A stretch of 64,000 nucleotides of DNA from Solirubrobacterales bacterium (GTDB lineage: Bacteria > Actinomycetota > Thermoleophilia > Solirubrobacterales > Solirubrobacteraceae). Where the stretch lies: NCBI GenBank assembly GCA_025964355.1, contig JAOPZB010000090.1, positions 1,419-65,418 on the forward strand, in the 5' to 3' direction. Made by a program: the position numbers and the translations under genes. The notes beneath the pieces are model-generated. The model made no database searches and was not told where the DNA came from. It worked only from the letters and a program-made list of their open reading frames with translations. Of the stretch, positions 18,729 through 28,422 are shown piece after piece (the first letter of the stretch is position 1; every line of letters starts with the position of its first letter).

Positions 18729-19438
18729 GCCGCGCCTCCGCCGGCGGCCTGCTGAGACCGCGCCCAGGTCGTAAACTCAGCCGGGCTCAGAGCCCGCACG
18801 TCGAAGATCATGTCGCTGTGCAATAGGCCGCAGAACTCGGCGCACTGCCCCGCGAACACGCCGCGGCGGGAGAACGTCAGCGTCGAGTCCTGGACCGAGC
18901 CGGGGATCAGGTCGTGCTTGTAGCGAAGCTGCGGGATCCAGAAGGCGTGGATGACGTCCACCGACGTGAGCCTGAAGCGGATCGCCTCGCCGGTCGGCAC
19001 CACGAGGTCCTGGCGACCGACGGCGCCGCTGTAGAGGTCGATGCCGTAGGCGGGATAGTTGAAGTGCCACTCCCACTTCGAGCCGGTGACGTTCACGACG
19101 AGCCCGGGACGCTCGCGCGCGGCCACGGTGTCGACGCGATGCTCAGCCGTGAAGGTGATGTACAGCAGGAACGCGACTGTGGCCACGAGCAGCAACGCGT
19201 AACCGCCCTCGAGACGGTCGTGCTCGTACCAGCGCGCGGCTCTCTCCGGCGGGCGGCGGCGGTAGACCAGCACCGCGAGCAGCGTCGCGATCACTATCAG
19301 CGCGAAGACGCCGATCGCGATCGGCACGTAGATGTCGAACACGTGCTGGTACTCCGCCCGGGTGTCGACGAGGCCGGTCGGCGCCCCGAGCCCCACCGAC
19401 GCCGCGGCGCGCGAGGACAGCGATAGGGCCGCATCCAA
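18725..19438 (-). CDS. ctaC: Cytochrome c oxidase subunit II (CuA)
   Basis: KWEWHFNY, DVIHAFW, CAEFCGLLHSDM. TTG start is uncertain. Confidence 0.92.
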   Translation of the reverse strand: MDAALSLSSRAAASVGLGAPTGLVDTRAEYQHVFDIYVPIAIGVFALIVIATLLAVLVYRRRPPERAARWYEHDRLEGGYALLLVATVAFLLYITFTAEHRVDTVAARERPGLVVNVTGSKWEWHFNYPAYGIDLYSGAVGRQDLVVPTGEAIRFRLTSVDVIHAFWIPQLRYKHDLIPGSVQDSTLTFSRRGVFAGQCAEFCGLLHSDMIFDVRALSPAEFTTWARSQQAAGGGAA

Positions 19439-19450
19439 AGTGAAGTGCGT

Positions 19451-19476
19451 CTACCCGCAGGAGGCCCCACTCAATC
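19451..19476 (-). promoter_or_regulatory. SigB/SigF-type promoter of the cta-qcr operon
   Basis: GATT-N16-GGGTAG on the minus strand, 12 nt before the ctaC start. Confidence 0.55.
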
Positions 19477-19534
19477 GGTGGGAGCCGGTCGCGCCGTACG
19501 CACCGGCCGGCGATCCGCTCGCGCGCGGGAGGTC

Positions 19535-19560
19535 GTTTCTCATGGCACACGCAGGGGTAG
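19535..19560 (+). promoter_or_regulatory. SigB/SigF-type promoter of the fdh operon
   Basis: GTTT-N16-GGGTAG, 9 nt before GTG 19570. Confidence 0.7.
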
Positions 19561-19569
19561 AGTGAGCGC

Positions 19570-22500
19570 GTGGCTGGACCGATTTCGCCACTCCCGTTCC
19601 TGCGCCAGCTGAGGGGGGATCCCCTCGGGCTCGGACGCTCGGCCCGGTCGCGCCACTCGGAGGAGCTCGAGCCCCGCACGAAGACGGCCGACCGAGTCGT
19701 TCAGTCCGTCTGCCCGTACTGTGCCGTCGGCTGCGGTCAGCGCGTGTATGTCAAGGACGAGAAGGTCGTCCAGATCGAGGGCGATCCCGACAGCCCGATA
19801 TCCCGGGGGCGCCTCTGTCCCAAGGGATCGGCTTCGGAGAGCTACGTCAACAGCCCGATCCGCGAGTACAAGATCAAATACCGCCCGCCGCACGCCACCG
19901 GATGGGAGGAGCTCGAGCTCGACGCCGCGATGGACATGATCGCCGACCGCGTGATCAGGACGCGTGCGCAGACCTGGGAAGAGGAGACCGAGGACGGCAA
20001 GCCGCTTCGCCGAACCCTTGGATTCGCGGTGCTGGGCGGCGCGACGCTTGACAGCGAGGAGAACTATCTGATGAAGAAGTTCTTCTCCGCGGCCGGGGCC
20101 GTGTCGATCGAGAACCAGGCCCGCATATGACACTCCTCCACGGTCCCCGGTCTGGGGACCTCGTTCGGTCGCGGCGGCGCAACCACCTTCCAGCAGGACC
20201 TGCAGAACGCTGACTGCATCCTGATCATGGGCTCGAACATGGCCGAGCAGCACCCCGTCGGCTTTCAGTGGGTCGTCGAGGCGAAGGAGCGCGGCGCCTC
20301 CGTGATGCACGTGGACCCCCGCTTCACGCGCACCAGCGCGATGGCAGACCTCCACGTGCCGCTGCGCGCGGGAACCGACATAGCCTTCCTCGGAGGCGTC
20401 ATCAACTACATCCTCTCGGGCGGTCGCGAGTTCACCGAGTACGTGCGTCACTACACCAACGCGCGGGTGATCATCAAGGATGAGTTCCGCGACGTCGACG
20501 AGCTTGGCCTGTTCTCGGGCTGGATGCCCGAGGACGGCGTCTACGACGTCTCCAGCTGGGGCTACAAGGGCACGCAGGGCGAGCTGACCGCCGGCAAGAA
20601 GGAGCAGACGGGCGATGTCTCGGGGGATCAGGCGCACGGTGCCCATGGGATGAAGCTCGAGCACGGCGAACCGCCCGAGCAGGACTGGACGCTCGAGCAC
20701 CCCAACTGCGTCTTCCAGATCCTCAAGCGCCACTTCGCCCGCTACACGCCCGAGGTCGTCGAGCGCATCTGCGGCGTGCCGCGCGAGCAAATGCTGCATG
20801 TCGCCGAGACGCTCTGCCGCAACTCGGGTCGGGAGCGCACCGGGGCCGTCTGCTACGCCGTCGGCTGGACGCAGCACACGCACGGGGTCCAGAACATCCG
20901 CGCCGCCGCGATCATCCAGCTTCTGCTCGGCAACATCGGACGCCCCGGCGGCGGCATCCTGGCGCTGCGCGGGCACGCGAACATCCAGGGCTCCACGGAC
21001 ATTCCGACGCTCTACGACATCCTGCCCGGCTACATCCCGATGCCGCATCCGACGTCGGAGGACGACCTGGACAGGTTCGTCGAGCTCAACGGGCCCGACA
21101 CCGGCGTCTGGGGCTCGTTGAAGAGCTACACGGTCAGCATGCTGAAGGCATGGTGGGGCGAGGCGGCGACGCCCGCGAACAACTTCGCCTACTCCTACCT
21201 GCCGCGCATCGACGGCGACCATTCGCACTACCCGATGATGCTGCGCATGATCGACCGCGAAACCAAGGGGTTCATCGTGATCGGCCAGAACCCGGTCGTC
21301 GGCTCGGCCAACTCCTCGCTGCAGCGCAAGGCGCTCGCAAACCTGGACTGGCTCGTGGTCAGGGACACCAGCGAGATCGAGACGGCCGCCTTCTGGTACG
21401 ACTCGCCCGAGATCGAAACGGGGAAGACACGTCCCGAGGAGATCGGCACCGAGGTCTTCTTCATGCCGGCAGCCGCGTACACCGAGAAGGACGGCACGTT
21501 CACCAACACCCAGCGGCTGCTGCAGTGGCGGTTCAAGGCGGTCGAGCCGCCATGGGATTGCCGCTCGGACCTCTGGTTCACCCACCAGCTCGGCAAGCGC
21601 GTGCGCGAGAAGCTAGCGGGATCCGACGATCCGAAAGATCGCCCGATCCTCGACCTCACGTGGGACTACCCGACGCAGGGACCACAAAAGGAGCCGGACG
21701 CAGAGACGATCATGCAGGAGGTGAACGGCCGCCACGCCGACGGCAGGTTCATCTCCAAATACCAGGAACTGAAGGACGATGGCTCGACCACATGCGGGTC
21801 CTGGATACACGCAGGCATCTACGCCGACGGCGTCAACCAGGCGGCCCGCAAGCGGCCCGGCTCCGAGCAGAGCTGGATAGCGCCCGAATGGGGTTGGGCC
21901 TGGCCGGCCGACCGTCGCATCCTCTACAACCGCGCGTCCGCGGACCCCGCGGGCAAGCCGTGGTCGGAGCGCAAGCGCTACATCTGGTGGGACAGCGATA
22001 AACGGGCCTGGACGGGCGTGGGCGACAACCCGGACTTCGAGCCCGACAAGGACCCCGGCTATGAGCCACCCGAGGGCGCCAAGGGCATGGCGGCGATCAG
22101 CGGCAGCTCGCCGTTCATCGTCCACCCGGACGGCCTCGGCTGGCTGTTCTCGCCCAGCGGGCTGGTGGACGGGCCGCTGCCCACGCATTACGAGCCGCAC
22201 GAGTCGCCGATCGACAACCTGCTCTACCGCGAGCGCTCCAATCCGACGCGTCAGACCTTTGAGCGACCGGAGAACCCCTATAACCCTCCCGGCGTTGAGC
22301 CCGGCGGCGAGGTGTTCCCGTTCGTCTTCACGACCTATCGCCTGACCGAGCATCACACGGCGGGAGGCATGTCGCGCAGCGTCCCCTTCCTGAACGAGCT
22401 CCAGCCGGAGATGTTCTGCGAGGTGAGCCCTGAGCTGGCGGCCGAGCGCGGGCTCGAACACGGTGGCTGGGCGATGATCGCGACCACGCGCACGGTGATC

Positions 22501-22782
22501 GAGGCGCGCGTGCTCGTCACCGATCGTCTGCGACCGCTGCGCATCGGCTCCGACCCGCCGCGTACCGTGCACCAGGTCGGCCTTCCATACCACTGGGGCC
22601 GCAAGGGCCTGGTCACCGGCGACTCCGCCAACGAACTGCTGCCCCTGGTGCTGGACCGCAACGTCCACATCTCCGAGTACAAGGCTGCGACCTGCGACAT
22701 CCGACCCGGCCGCCGCCCGCGTGGGCCGGCGCTGAGAGAGCTCGTCGCGGAATACCGGCGTCGCGCGGGAGTTTCCTCGTGA
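19570..22782 (+). CDS. fdnG: Selenocysteine-containing formate dehydrogenase alpha subunit (FdnG/FdoG type), about 1070 aa
   Basis: ORFs 19570-20130 and 20227-22782 are in the same frame, joined through TGA 20128-20130 in NQARI-U-HSSTVPGLGTSFGRG. CPYCAVGC..C Fe-S motif, LRGHANIQG, TYRLTEHH. Confidence 0.95.
20128..20160 (+). promoter_or_regulatory. Sec UGA codon and bacterial SECIS hairpin
   Basis: UGA, 11-nt spacer, then GGTCCCC(20142-48)-GGTCT loop-GGGGACC(20154-60). Spacing and loop match the E. coli fdhF/fdnG SECIS type. Confidence 0.9.
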
Positions 22783-23675
22783 AGCTCGAGACGCACGCCT
22801 GGCCGGGCAGCTACGGGGCCGAGGCCAAGCCGCGTGTCGGCTTCTTCACCGACACGAGCATCTGCATCGGCTGCAAGGCCTGCGAGGTGGCATGCAAGGA
22901 GTGGAACCACGTCCCGGAGTCCAGCGAGGGCTTCACCGGGCATTCCTACGACAACACCGTCGCTCTGGATGCCGACACCTGGAGGCACGTCGCGTTCATC
23001 GAGCAGCGCAAGGAGGTCGGCGTGGACGGGGCCGCCTCGCTCGCTCAGAGCGCCTCGCTCGACCAGCTGATCGACGAGACAGGGCTCGGCACCTACCAGG
23101 AGGGCGACGGGCTGCGCTGGCTGATGGCCTCAGACGTCTGCAAGCACTGCACGCATGCCGCCTGCCTGGAGGTATGCCCGACCGGCGCCCTGTTCCGCAC
23201 CGAGTTCGGCACGGTCGTCGTGCAGGAGGACGTGTGCAACGGCTGCGGCTACTGCGTGCCGGCCTGCCCCTTCGGAGTGCTCGACCGGCGCGAGGAGGAC
23301 GGCCGGGTGTGGAAGTGCACGCTCTGCTACGACCGCCTCAAGGACGACAGGGAGCCCGCCTGCGCGCAGGCCTGTCCGACCCACTCGATCCAGTTCGGCG
23401 AGCTGTCGGAGCTGCGCGAGCGGGCGCAGGTCCGTGTCGAGACACTCCGGGACGCGGGCGCCGAGAAGGCGCAGCTGTATCTGCACGATTCAGACGACGG
23501 GATCGGGGGTGCAGGCGCGTTCTTCCTGCTGCTCGACGATCCCGAGGTCTACGGTCTGCCCCCGGATCCCGTCGACACCACGCACGACATAGGGACCTCC
23601 TGGAAGGCCGTCGGCGCGGCCACGGCGGGGCTGGGCCTGACGCTCGCGGCAGCCGTGTTCGGAGGCAGGCGCTGA
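22779..23675 (+). CDS. fdnH: Formate dehydrogenase iron-sulfur beta subunit
   Basis: CIGCKACEVAC, CKHC..ACLEVCP, CNGCGYCVPACP, KCTLC..PACAQACP; C-terminal TM. Confidence 0.92.
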   Translation: MKLETHAWPGSYGAEAKPRVGFFTDTSICIGCKACEVACKEWNHVPESSEGFTGHSYDNTVALDADTWRHVAFIEQRKEVGVDGAASLAQSASLDQLIDETGLGTYQEGDGLRWLMASDVCKHCTHAACLEVCPTGALFRTEFGTVVVQEDVCNGCGYCVPACPFGVLDRREEDGRVWKCTLCYDRLKDDREPACAQACPTHSIQFGELSELRERAQVRVETLRDAGAEKAQLYLHDSDDGIGGAGAFFLLLDDPEVYGLPPDPVDTTHDIGTSWKAVGAATAGLGLTLAAAVFGGRR

Positions 23676-24667
23676 TGACCGGCGGATCGGGCGGCCGCCC
23701 CGATGGCGGGCGACGTTCGGCCACACGCGAGGAGGGCGCTACGCGTCGCTCCTACTACGGCCAGCCGGTGATCAAGCAGCCGGTCTGGGCGCCGGAGATC
23801 CCCTGGTACTTCTTCATGGGCGGCCTTGGCGGGGCCTCCGGCGGGCTCGCCTATCTCGCGGGGCTGCGGGGATCGGAGCTTCTCGCCCGGCGCTCCTGGA
23901 CGATCGCACTCGCGGCGCTGACCATCAGCCCGGTGCTGTTGATCAAGGATCTCGGCAGACCTGAGCGCTTCTTGAACATGCTGCGCATGTTCAAGGTCAC
24001 CTCGCCGATGAGCGTCGGCTCCTGGGTGCTCGCCGCGAGCGGCACGACGACAGCACTCGCCGCCCTGAACTCGCTGACCGGTCGCCTCAGCCGGCTGTCT
24101 CGCGCCGGCAGGCCGGCCGCCGCCGCGCTCGGCCTCCCGCTAGCGACCTACACCGGCGCGCTGATCGCGCAGACGGCGGTTCCCGTCTGGCACGAGGCGC
24201 GCCGCGAGCTGCCTGCTCTGTTCGCCGCGGGTGCCGCCACGAGCGCCGGCGCCGCGGCCACGGTGGCCACTCCCGTCGCCGACGCGGCTCCCGCGAGGCG
24301 CCTCGCGCTGCTCGGGGCGGTCGCAGAGCTCGTGCTCGCGAGGGTGATGGAGCGCCGCCTCGGCGAGCTCGCGGAGCCCTATCACGGCGGCCCCAGCGGA
24401 GCCCTGTCCACGGCGGCGCGCGGCTCCACGGCGGCGGGCGCGCTCCTCGTCGCGACTCGGGCCCGGCGCAGCCGCGGGGCGGCGATCGTGGCGGGCTCGC
24501 TGCTGCTGACCGGCGCCGCCTGCGAGCGCTGGAGCGTCTTCAAGGCCGGCTTCGCATCCGCGAGCGACCCGAGGTACACGATCGACCCGCAACGGGGGCG
24601 TGTGACCAAGCGGCGCGCGAGCGGTGGAGCAGGCGTCGCGGCGGGCGAGGCCGCGACGGACGCGTGA
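23675..24667 (+). CDS. nrfD: NrfD/PsrC family membrane anchor (quinone-interacting)
   Basis: YYGQPVIKQPVW, YFFMGGL, DLGRPERF, SPMSVGSW. TGATG overlap gives start 23675. Confidence 0.88.
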   Translation: MTGGSGGRPDGGRRSATREEGATRRSYYGQPVIKQPVWAPEIPWYFFMGGLGGASGGLAYLAGLRGSELLARRSWTIALAALTISPVLLIKDLGRPERFLNMLRMFKVTSPMSVGSWVLAASGTTTALAALNSLTGRLSRLSRAGRPAAAALGLPLATYTGALIAQTAVPVWHEARRELPALFAAGAATSAGAAATVATPVADAAPARRLALLGAVAELVLARVMERRLGELAEPYHGGPSGALSTAARGSTAAGALLVATRARRSRGAAIVAGSLLLTGAACERWSVFKAGFASASDPRYTIDPQRGRVTKRRASGGAGVAAGEAATDA

Positions 24668-24671
24668 GGGC

Positions 24672-24980
24672 ATGCTGACCGACGTCGAGATCAGCCGCGC
24701 GCTGAACGCGCTCTCCACCACGTTGCGCGATCAGCGACTGCCCTCCTTCGACGCCGCTCGAGCAGAGGAGATCGTGCTCGGCGCCCTCGCCCAAGAGCCC
24801 AAGCTCGAGGTCAGCGCCACCGGCCCGATCAGCGGCGAGCTGCGCGAGCGCGGCGACGGTCGTCTGGTCGCGACGGTGGAGCTCCGCGGCGGACAGTGGG
24901 TCGTAGTGCGCAAGCTGCGCGCCGGTGAGTCCAGCTGGGCACTGCCCCAGCCGGCTCACAACCTTAAGCCGTCGGCCTGA
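24672..24980 (+). CDS. Hypothetical protein, last gene of the fdh operon
   Basis: MLTDVEISRALNAL...; ATG 4 nt after the nrfD stop, GAGGG upstream, GC3-biased codons. Confidence 0.6.
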   Translation: MLTDVEISRALNALSTTLRDQRLPSFDAARAEEIVLGALAQEPKLEVSATGPISGELRERGDGRLVATVELRGGQWVVVRKLRAGESSWALPQPAHNLKPSA

Positions 24981-25020
24981 GCGACGCGCTCGCGTCCACG
25001 CCGGCGCCAACCGCTGATGC

Positions 25021-25045
25021 GTTTAGTCGGCATAGGCGAGGGTAA
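25021..25045 (+). promoter_or_regulatory. SigB/SigF-type promoter of the carbamoyltransferase-heptose operon
   Basis: GTTT-N15-GGGTAA. Confidence 0.7.
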
Positions 25046-25168
25046 ATCTGGCGCGGAGACAAGTGTGGGCATCGGCACCTGTCTTCCCTTTTTTCAACGA
25101 GGCTGGACGGCAGGCCGGCGAGCGGCTGTGTCGGACCTTCGTGGGATTCACGTCACGGAGAGCTGCTC

Positions 25169-26857
25169 ATGCGAGTGCTGGGAGTCAACGGCGTTTTTCA
25201 CGATCCCGCAGCCGCCCTGGTCATCGACGGCGAGATCGTCGCGGCCGCCGAGGAGGAGCGCTTCAACCGCCGCAAGCACGGCAAGGCGCCCGTCCCGTTC
25301 TCCACCTGGGAGCTGCCCGAGCAGGCCGCCGACTGGTGCCTGCGACACGGCGGCCTCGATCCGTCCGACCTCGACGCGGTCGCCTATTCATATGACCCGC
25401 GGCTCGCCCCACGTTCGCGCGGTGACCTGATCGCCGACGAGTGGGAGGGCCTTCGCACGCTCTACGCAGAACGTGCGCCGTTGTTCCTGCGCTCCGCGTT
25501 GCCCGGGATCGACCCGGCGAGGGTTCATTTCGTCGCCCATCACGTCGCGCATGCGGCCTCCGCCTACGCCGCCGCTCCATGTGACTCGTGTGCGGTGCTC
25601 GTCGTGGACGGTCGTGGCGAGTCCAGCTCCCACCTCGCGGGTCATGTCCGCGACGGCGAGCTGCAGACGCTCGCCACACAGCGGCTGCCGCACTCGCTCG
25701 GCCTGATGTATGAGGAGCTGACCGCCCACCTGGGCTTCCGCCGAGCCTCTGACGAGTACAAGGTCATGGCGCTGGCCAGCTACGGCACGCCGAGCGCCCT
25801 GAGCGAGCTGCGCAACGCCATTCGCGCGACCGCAGATGGCGGCTTCGACGTCTGTCCCGTCGACTGGGCGCGCTTCGCGTCGCCAGTCTCGCCCGGAAGC
25901 GAGCGTTGGGGGCCCGAGCATGCGGATCTCGCGGCCAGCGTGCAGCGTCGCCTGGAGGAGGTCCTGATCGAGCTCGCCTGCTGGCTTCACGCACGCACCG
26001 GGGAGAGCTGGTTGACAATGGCGGGTGGGGTGGCGCTCAACTGCGTCGCCAACACACGCCTGTGGCGCGAGACGCCGTTCGAGCACGTGTGGGTTCAACC
26101 CGCCGCCGGGGATGCCGGCACCGCGCTCGGCGCCGCGCTGCATCTCTCACGACAGCTCGGCGAGCGTCCGCAGCCGATGCGCAGTGCGGCGCTCGGGCGC
26201 GAGTGGAGCGAGCGCGAGCTCGGCGCATGGCTTGACCGTGCCGGCGTCGTATACGAGCGTCCCGACGACCTTGCCGAGACCGTCGCCGAGGCGCTCGCCG
26301 AGAACCTCGTGGTGGCCTGGTTTCAGGGACGCAGCGAGTTCGGTCCGCGCGCGCTCGGCCACCGCAGCCTGCTCGCCGATCCAAGGCGCGCAGCGAACCT
26401 CGAGCGCCTGAACGACGTGAAGGGACGCGAGCAGTTCAGACCAGTGGCGCCGATGGTGCTGCAGGAGCGCGCGGGTGAATTGTTCAGAGGACCGCTTCCC
26501 AGCCCCTACATGCTGTTCACGCATGACGTCGCATCCGAGTGGGCCCCGCGGATCCCGGCGGTGGTTCACGTGGACGGGAGCGCGCGCATCCAGACCGTCG
26601 ACCGGGCGCGGGAGCCCCTGCTCGCGCAGATGCTCGACGGATTCGAGCGCCGCACCGGCGTGCCCGTCGTGGTCAACACGAGTCTCAACACCGCCGGCAG
26701 GCCGATGGTCGACGACCCGCGCGACGCGCTCGAGTGCTTCGGCTCCGCTCCCGTCGACGTGCTCGCGATCGGCCCGTTCGTCGTGCGTCGCCCCGCGCGC
26801 GCCGCGAACGGATCGACGGTCGGCGACCTCGCCGACCAGCCGGAGGTGGCGGCGTGA
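25169..26857 (+). CDS. O-carbamoyltransferase (NodU/CmcH/TobZ family)
   Basis: HDPAAAL, EEERFNRRKH, HHVAHAAS, VDGRGE, EYKVMALA, GGVALN, EFGPRALGHRS, NTSLN. Confidence 0.95.
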   Translation: MRVLGVNGVFHDPAAALVIDGEIVAAAEEERFNRRKHGKAPVPFSTWELPEQAADWCLRHGGLDPSDLDAVAYSYDPRLAPRSRGDLIADEWEGLRTLYAERAPLFLRSALPGIDPARVHFVAHHVAHAASAYAAAPCDSCAVLVVDGRGESSSHLAGHVRDGELQTLATQRLPHSLGLMYEELTAHLGFRRASDEYKVMALASYGTPSALSELRNAIRATADGGFDVCPVDWARFASPVSPGSERWGPEHADLAASVQRRLEEVLIELACWLHARTGESWLTMAGGVALNCVANTRLWRETPFEHVWVQPAAGDAGTALGAALHLSRQLGERPQPMRSAALGREWSERELGAWLDRAGVVYERPDDLAETVAEALAENLVVAWFQGRSEFGPRALGHRSLLADPRRAANLERLNDVKGREQFRPVAPMVLQERAGELFRGPLPSPYMLFTHDVASEWAPRIPAVVHVDGSARIQTVDRAREPLLAQMLDGFERRTGVPVVVNTSLNTAGRPMVDDPRDALECFGSAPVDVLAIGPFVVRRPARAANGSTVGDLADQPEVAA

Positions 26858-28422
26858 GCTTCGATCTGGTCATCCCAACGGTCGGGCGCCCCTCGCTGGA
26901 GCGGTTGCTCGGGGCGCTCGCGACGCAGGCGAGCGGACCGGAACCGGCCCGGGTCATCGTCGTCGACGACAGCCGTGGACACCTGCGGTCCGCGCTGGCC
27001 GCGCTGCGCGCGGGCTCCGTGTCCCGACGGTCGGCTGCCGTGGAGGTCGTCGTCTCGCCGGGCAGGGGCCCGGCCGCCGCGCGCAACGCCGGTTGGCGCG
27101 CGTGCGACGCCGACTGGGTTGCGTTCCTCGACGACGACGTGATTCCGAGCGGCGATTGGTATCGCGCGCTCGCCCACGACCTGCAGGCCTTGCCGGCCGA
27201 CGCGGCCGGGTCGCAGGGTCGTGTGTGCGTACCGCTCCCAAGCGCTCGCCCGCCGACCGACTGGGAGCGCAACGTGGCGGGACTCGAGGATGCGCTGTGG
27301 GCGACCGCCGACATGGCCTACCGTCGCTCGGTTCTGCTGGCACTCGGCGGCTTTGACGAGCGCTTCTGTAACGCGTACCGCGAGGACTGCGACTTCGGCC
27401 TGCGCGTCACGTCGCTCGGTCTGAGGATCGTCCGGGGCGAAAGAGAGGTCAGTCACCCACCCGGCGCCGCGCCGTTCTGGAAGAGCGTGGCCCTGCAGCG
27501 CGGCAACGCCGACGACGCGCTCATGCGACGGCTCCACGGCAGAGACTGGCGCAAGCGCGGCGGAGCGCCGCGGGGAAGGTTGCCCTACCACTTGCTCTGC
27601 GCGGCCGGTGCGAGTGCCGGGATCGTCTCAGCACTGGCCTCGCGCCCACGCCGCGCGACGTTCGCCGGCCTGCTGCCGGCGCTCGGCATCGCCGAGCTGG
27701 CACATTCGCGAATCGCACGCGGACCGCGCGATCGCGCCGAGGTGGCGCGCATGCTGGCGACCAGCCTCGTGCTGCCGTTCGCGGCCGTCGCCCACCGGAT
27801 GCGCGGGGAGCTGCGCTGGCGCGGGGACGATCTGCGCCGGCGGCGCGACAAGCTGCGAGGGCCCGCAGATCCGCATGCGCGCGCCACCCTCGCAACGAAG
27901 GACGACCGGCCGCTGGCCGTTCTGTTCGACCGGGACGGCACACTCATCCGCGACGTGCCCTACAACGGTGACCCGGCGCTCGTGTCACCGATGCCGGCGG
28001 CGCGCGAGGCGCTCGACGCGCTGCGCTCGGCGGGCGTGCCGTTCGGCGTGATCTCCAACCAGAGCGGCGTCGCACGGGGACTGATCAGCGAGGAGCAGGT
28101 GCAGGCGGTCAACCGCCGCGTCGAGGAGCTCCTCGGGCCGATCGGCGTGTGGGTCCACTGTCCCCACGGGCCAGGGGACCTGTGTGAGTGCCGCAAGCCG
28201 GCTCCCGGTATGGTGCTCCGCGCCGCCGAGCAGCTGGGAGTGCCGCCAAGCAGGTGCGCGGTCATCGGGGACATCGGCTCCGACATCGGTGCCGCCGCCG
28301 TGGCCGGCGCCCGTGGCGTGCTCGTCCCCACGTCCGCCACTCGCCGCAACGAGGTCACCGCGGCCGCCGTGAGCGCTCCCGACCTGCTGACGGCCGTCGA
28401 CCGGCTGGGTGTGCAGCTATGA
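26854..28422 (+). CDS. GT2 glycosyltransferase fused to HAD-IIIA heptose-1,7-bisphosphate phosphatase (GmhB-like)
   Basis: N-terminal VIPT, VVDD, AARNAG, FLDDD, GGFDE, RED. C-terminal FDRDGTL, SNQSG, CPH..CECRKP, IGD. Confidence 0.9.
   Translation: MSFDLVIPTVGRPSLERLLGALATQASGPEPARVIVVDDSRGHLRSALAALRAGSVSRRSAAVEVVVSPGRGPAAARNAGWRACDADWVAFLDDDVIPSGDWYRALAHDLQALPADAAGSQGRVCVPLPSARPPTDWERNVAGLEDALWATADMAYRRSVLLALGGFDERFCNAYREDCDFGLRVTSLGLRIVRGEREVSHPPGAAPFWKSVALQRGNADDALMRRLHGRDWRKRGGAPRGRLPYHLLCAAGASAGIVSALASRPRRATFAGLLPALGIAELAHSRIARGPRDRAEVARMLATSLVLPFAAVAHRMRGELRWRGDDLRRRRDKLRGPADPHARATLATKDDRPLAVLFDRDGTLIRDVPYNGDPALVSPMPAAREALDALRSAGVPFGVISNQSGVARGLISEEQVQAVNRRVEELLGPIGVWVHCPHGPGDLCECRKPAPGMVLRAAEQLGVPPSRCAVIGDIGSDIGAAAVAGARGVLVPTSATRRNEVTAAAVSAPDLLTAVDRLGVQL

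Noticed and set aside
19570-20226. FDH as a split gene or pseudogene
   Set aside because: The TGA sits at the catalytic Sec position with a correctly spaced SECIS, and the frame is continuous.
19540-21585. 681-aa minus-strand ORF
   Set aside because: Antisense shadow of the FDH gene. High-GC codon bias suppresses stops on the opposite strand, and it has no recognisable motifs.
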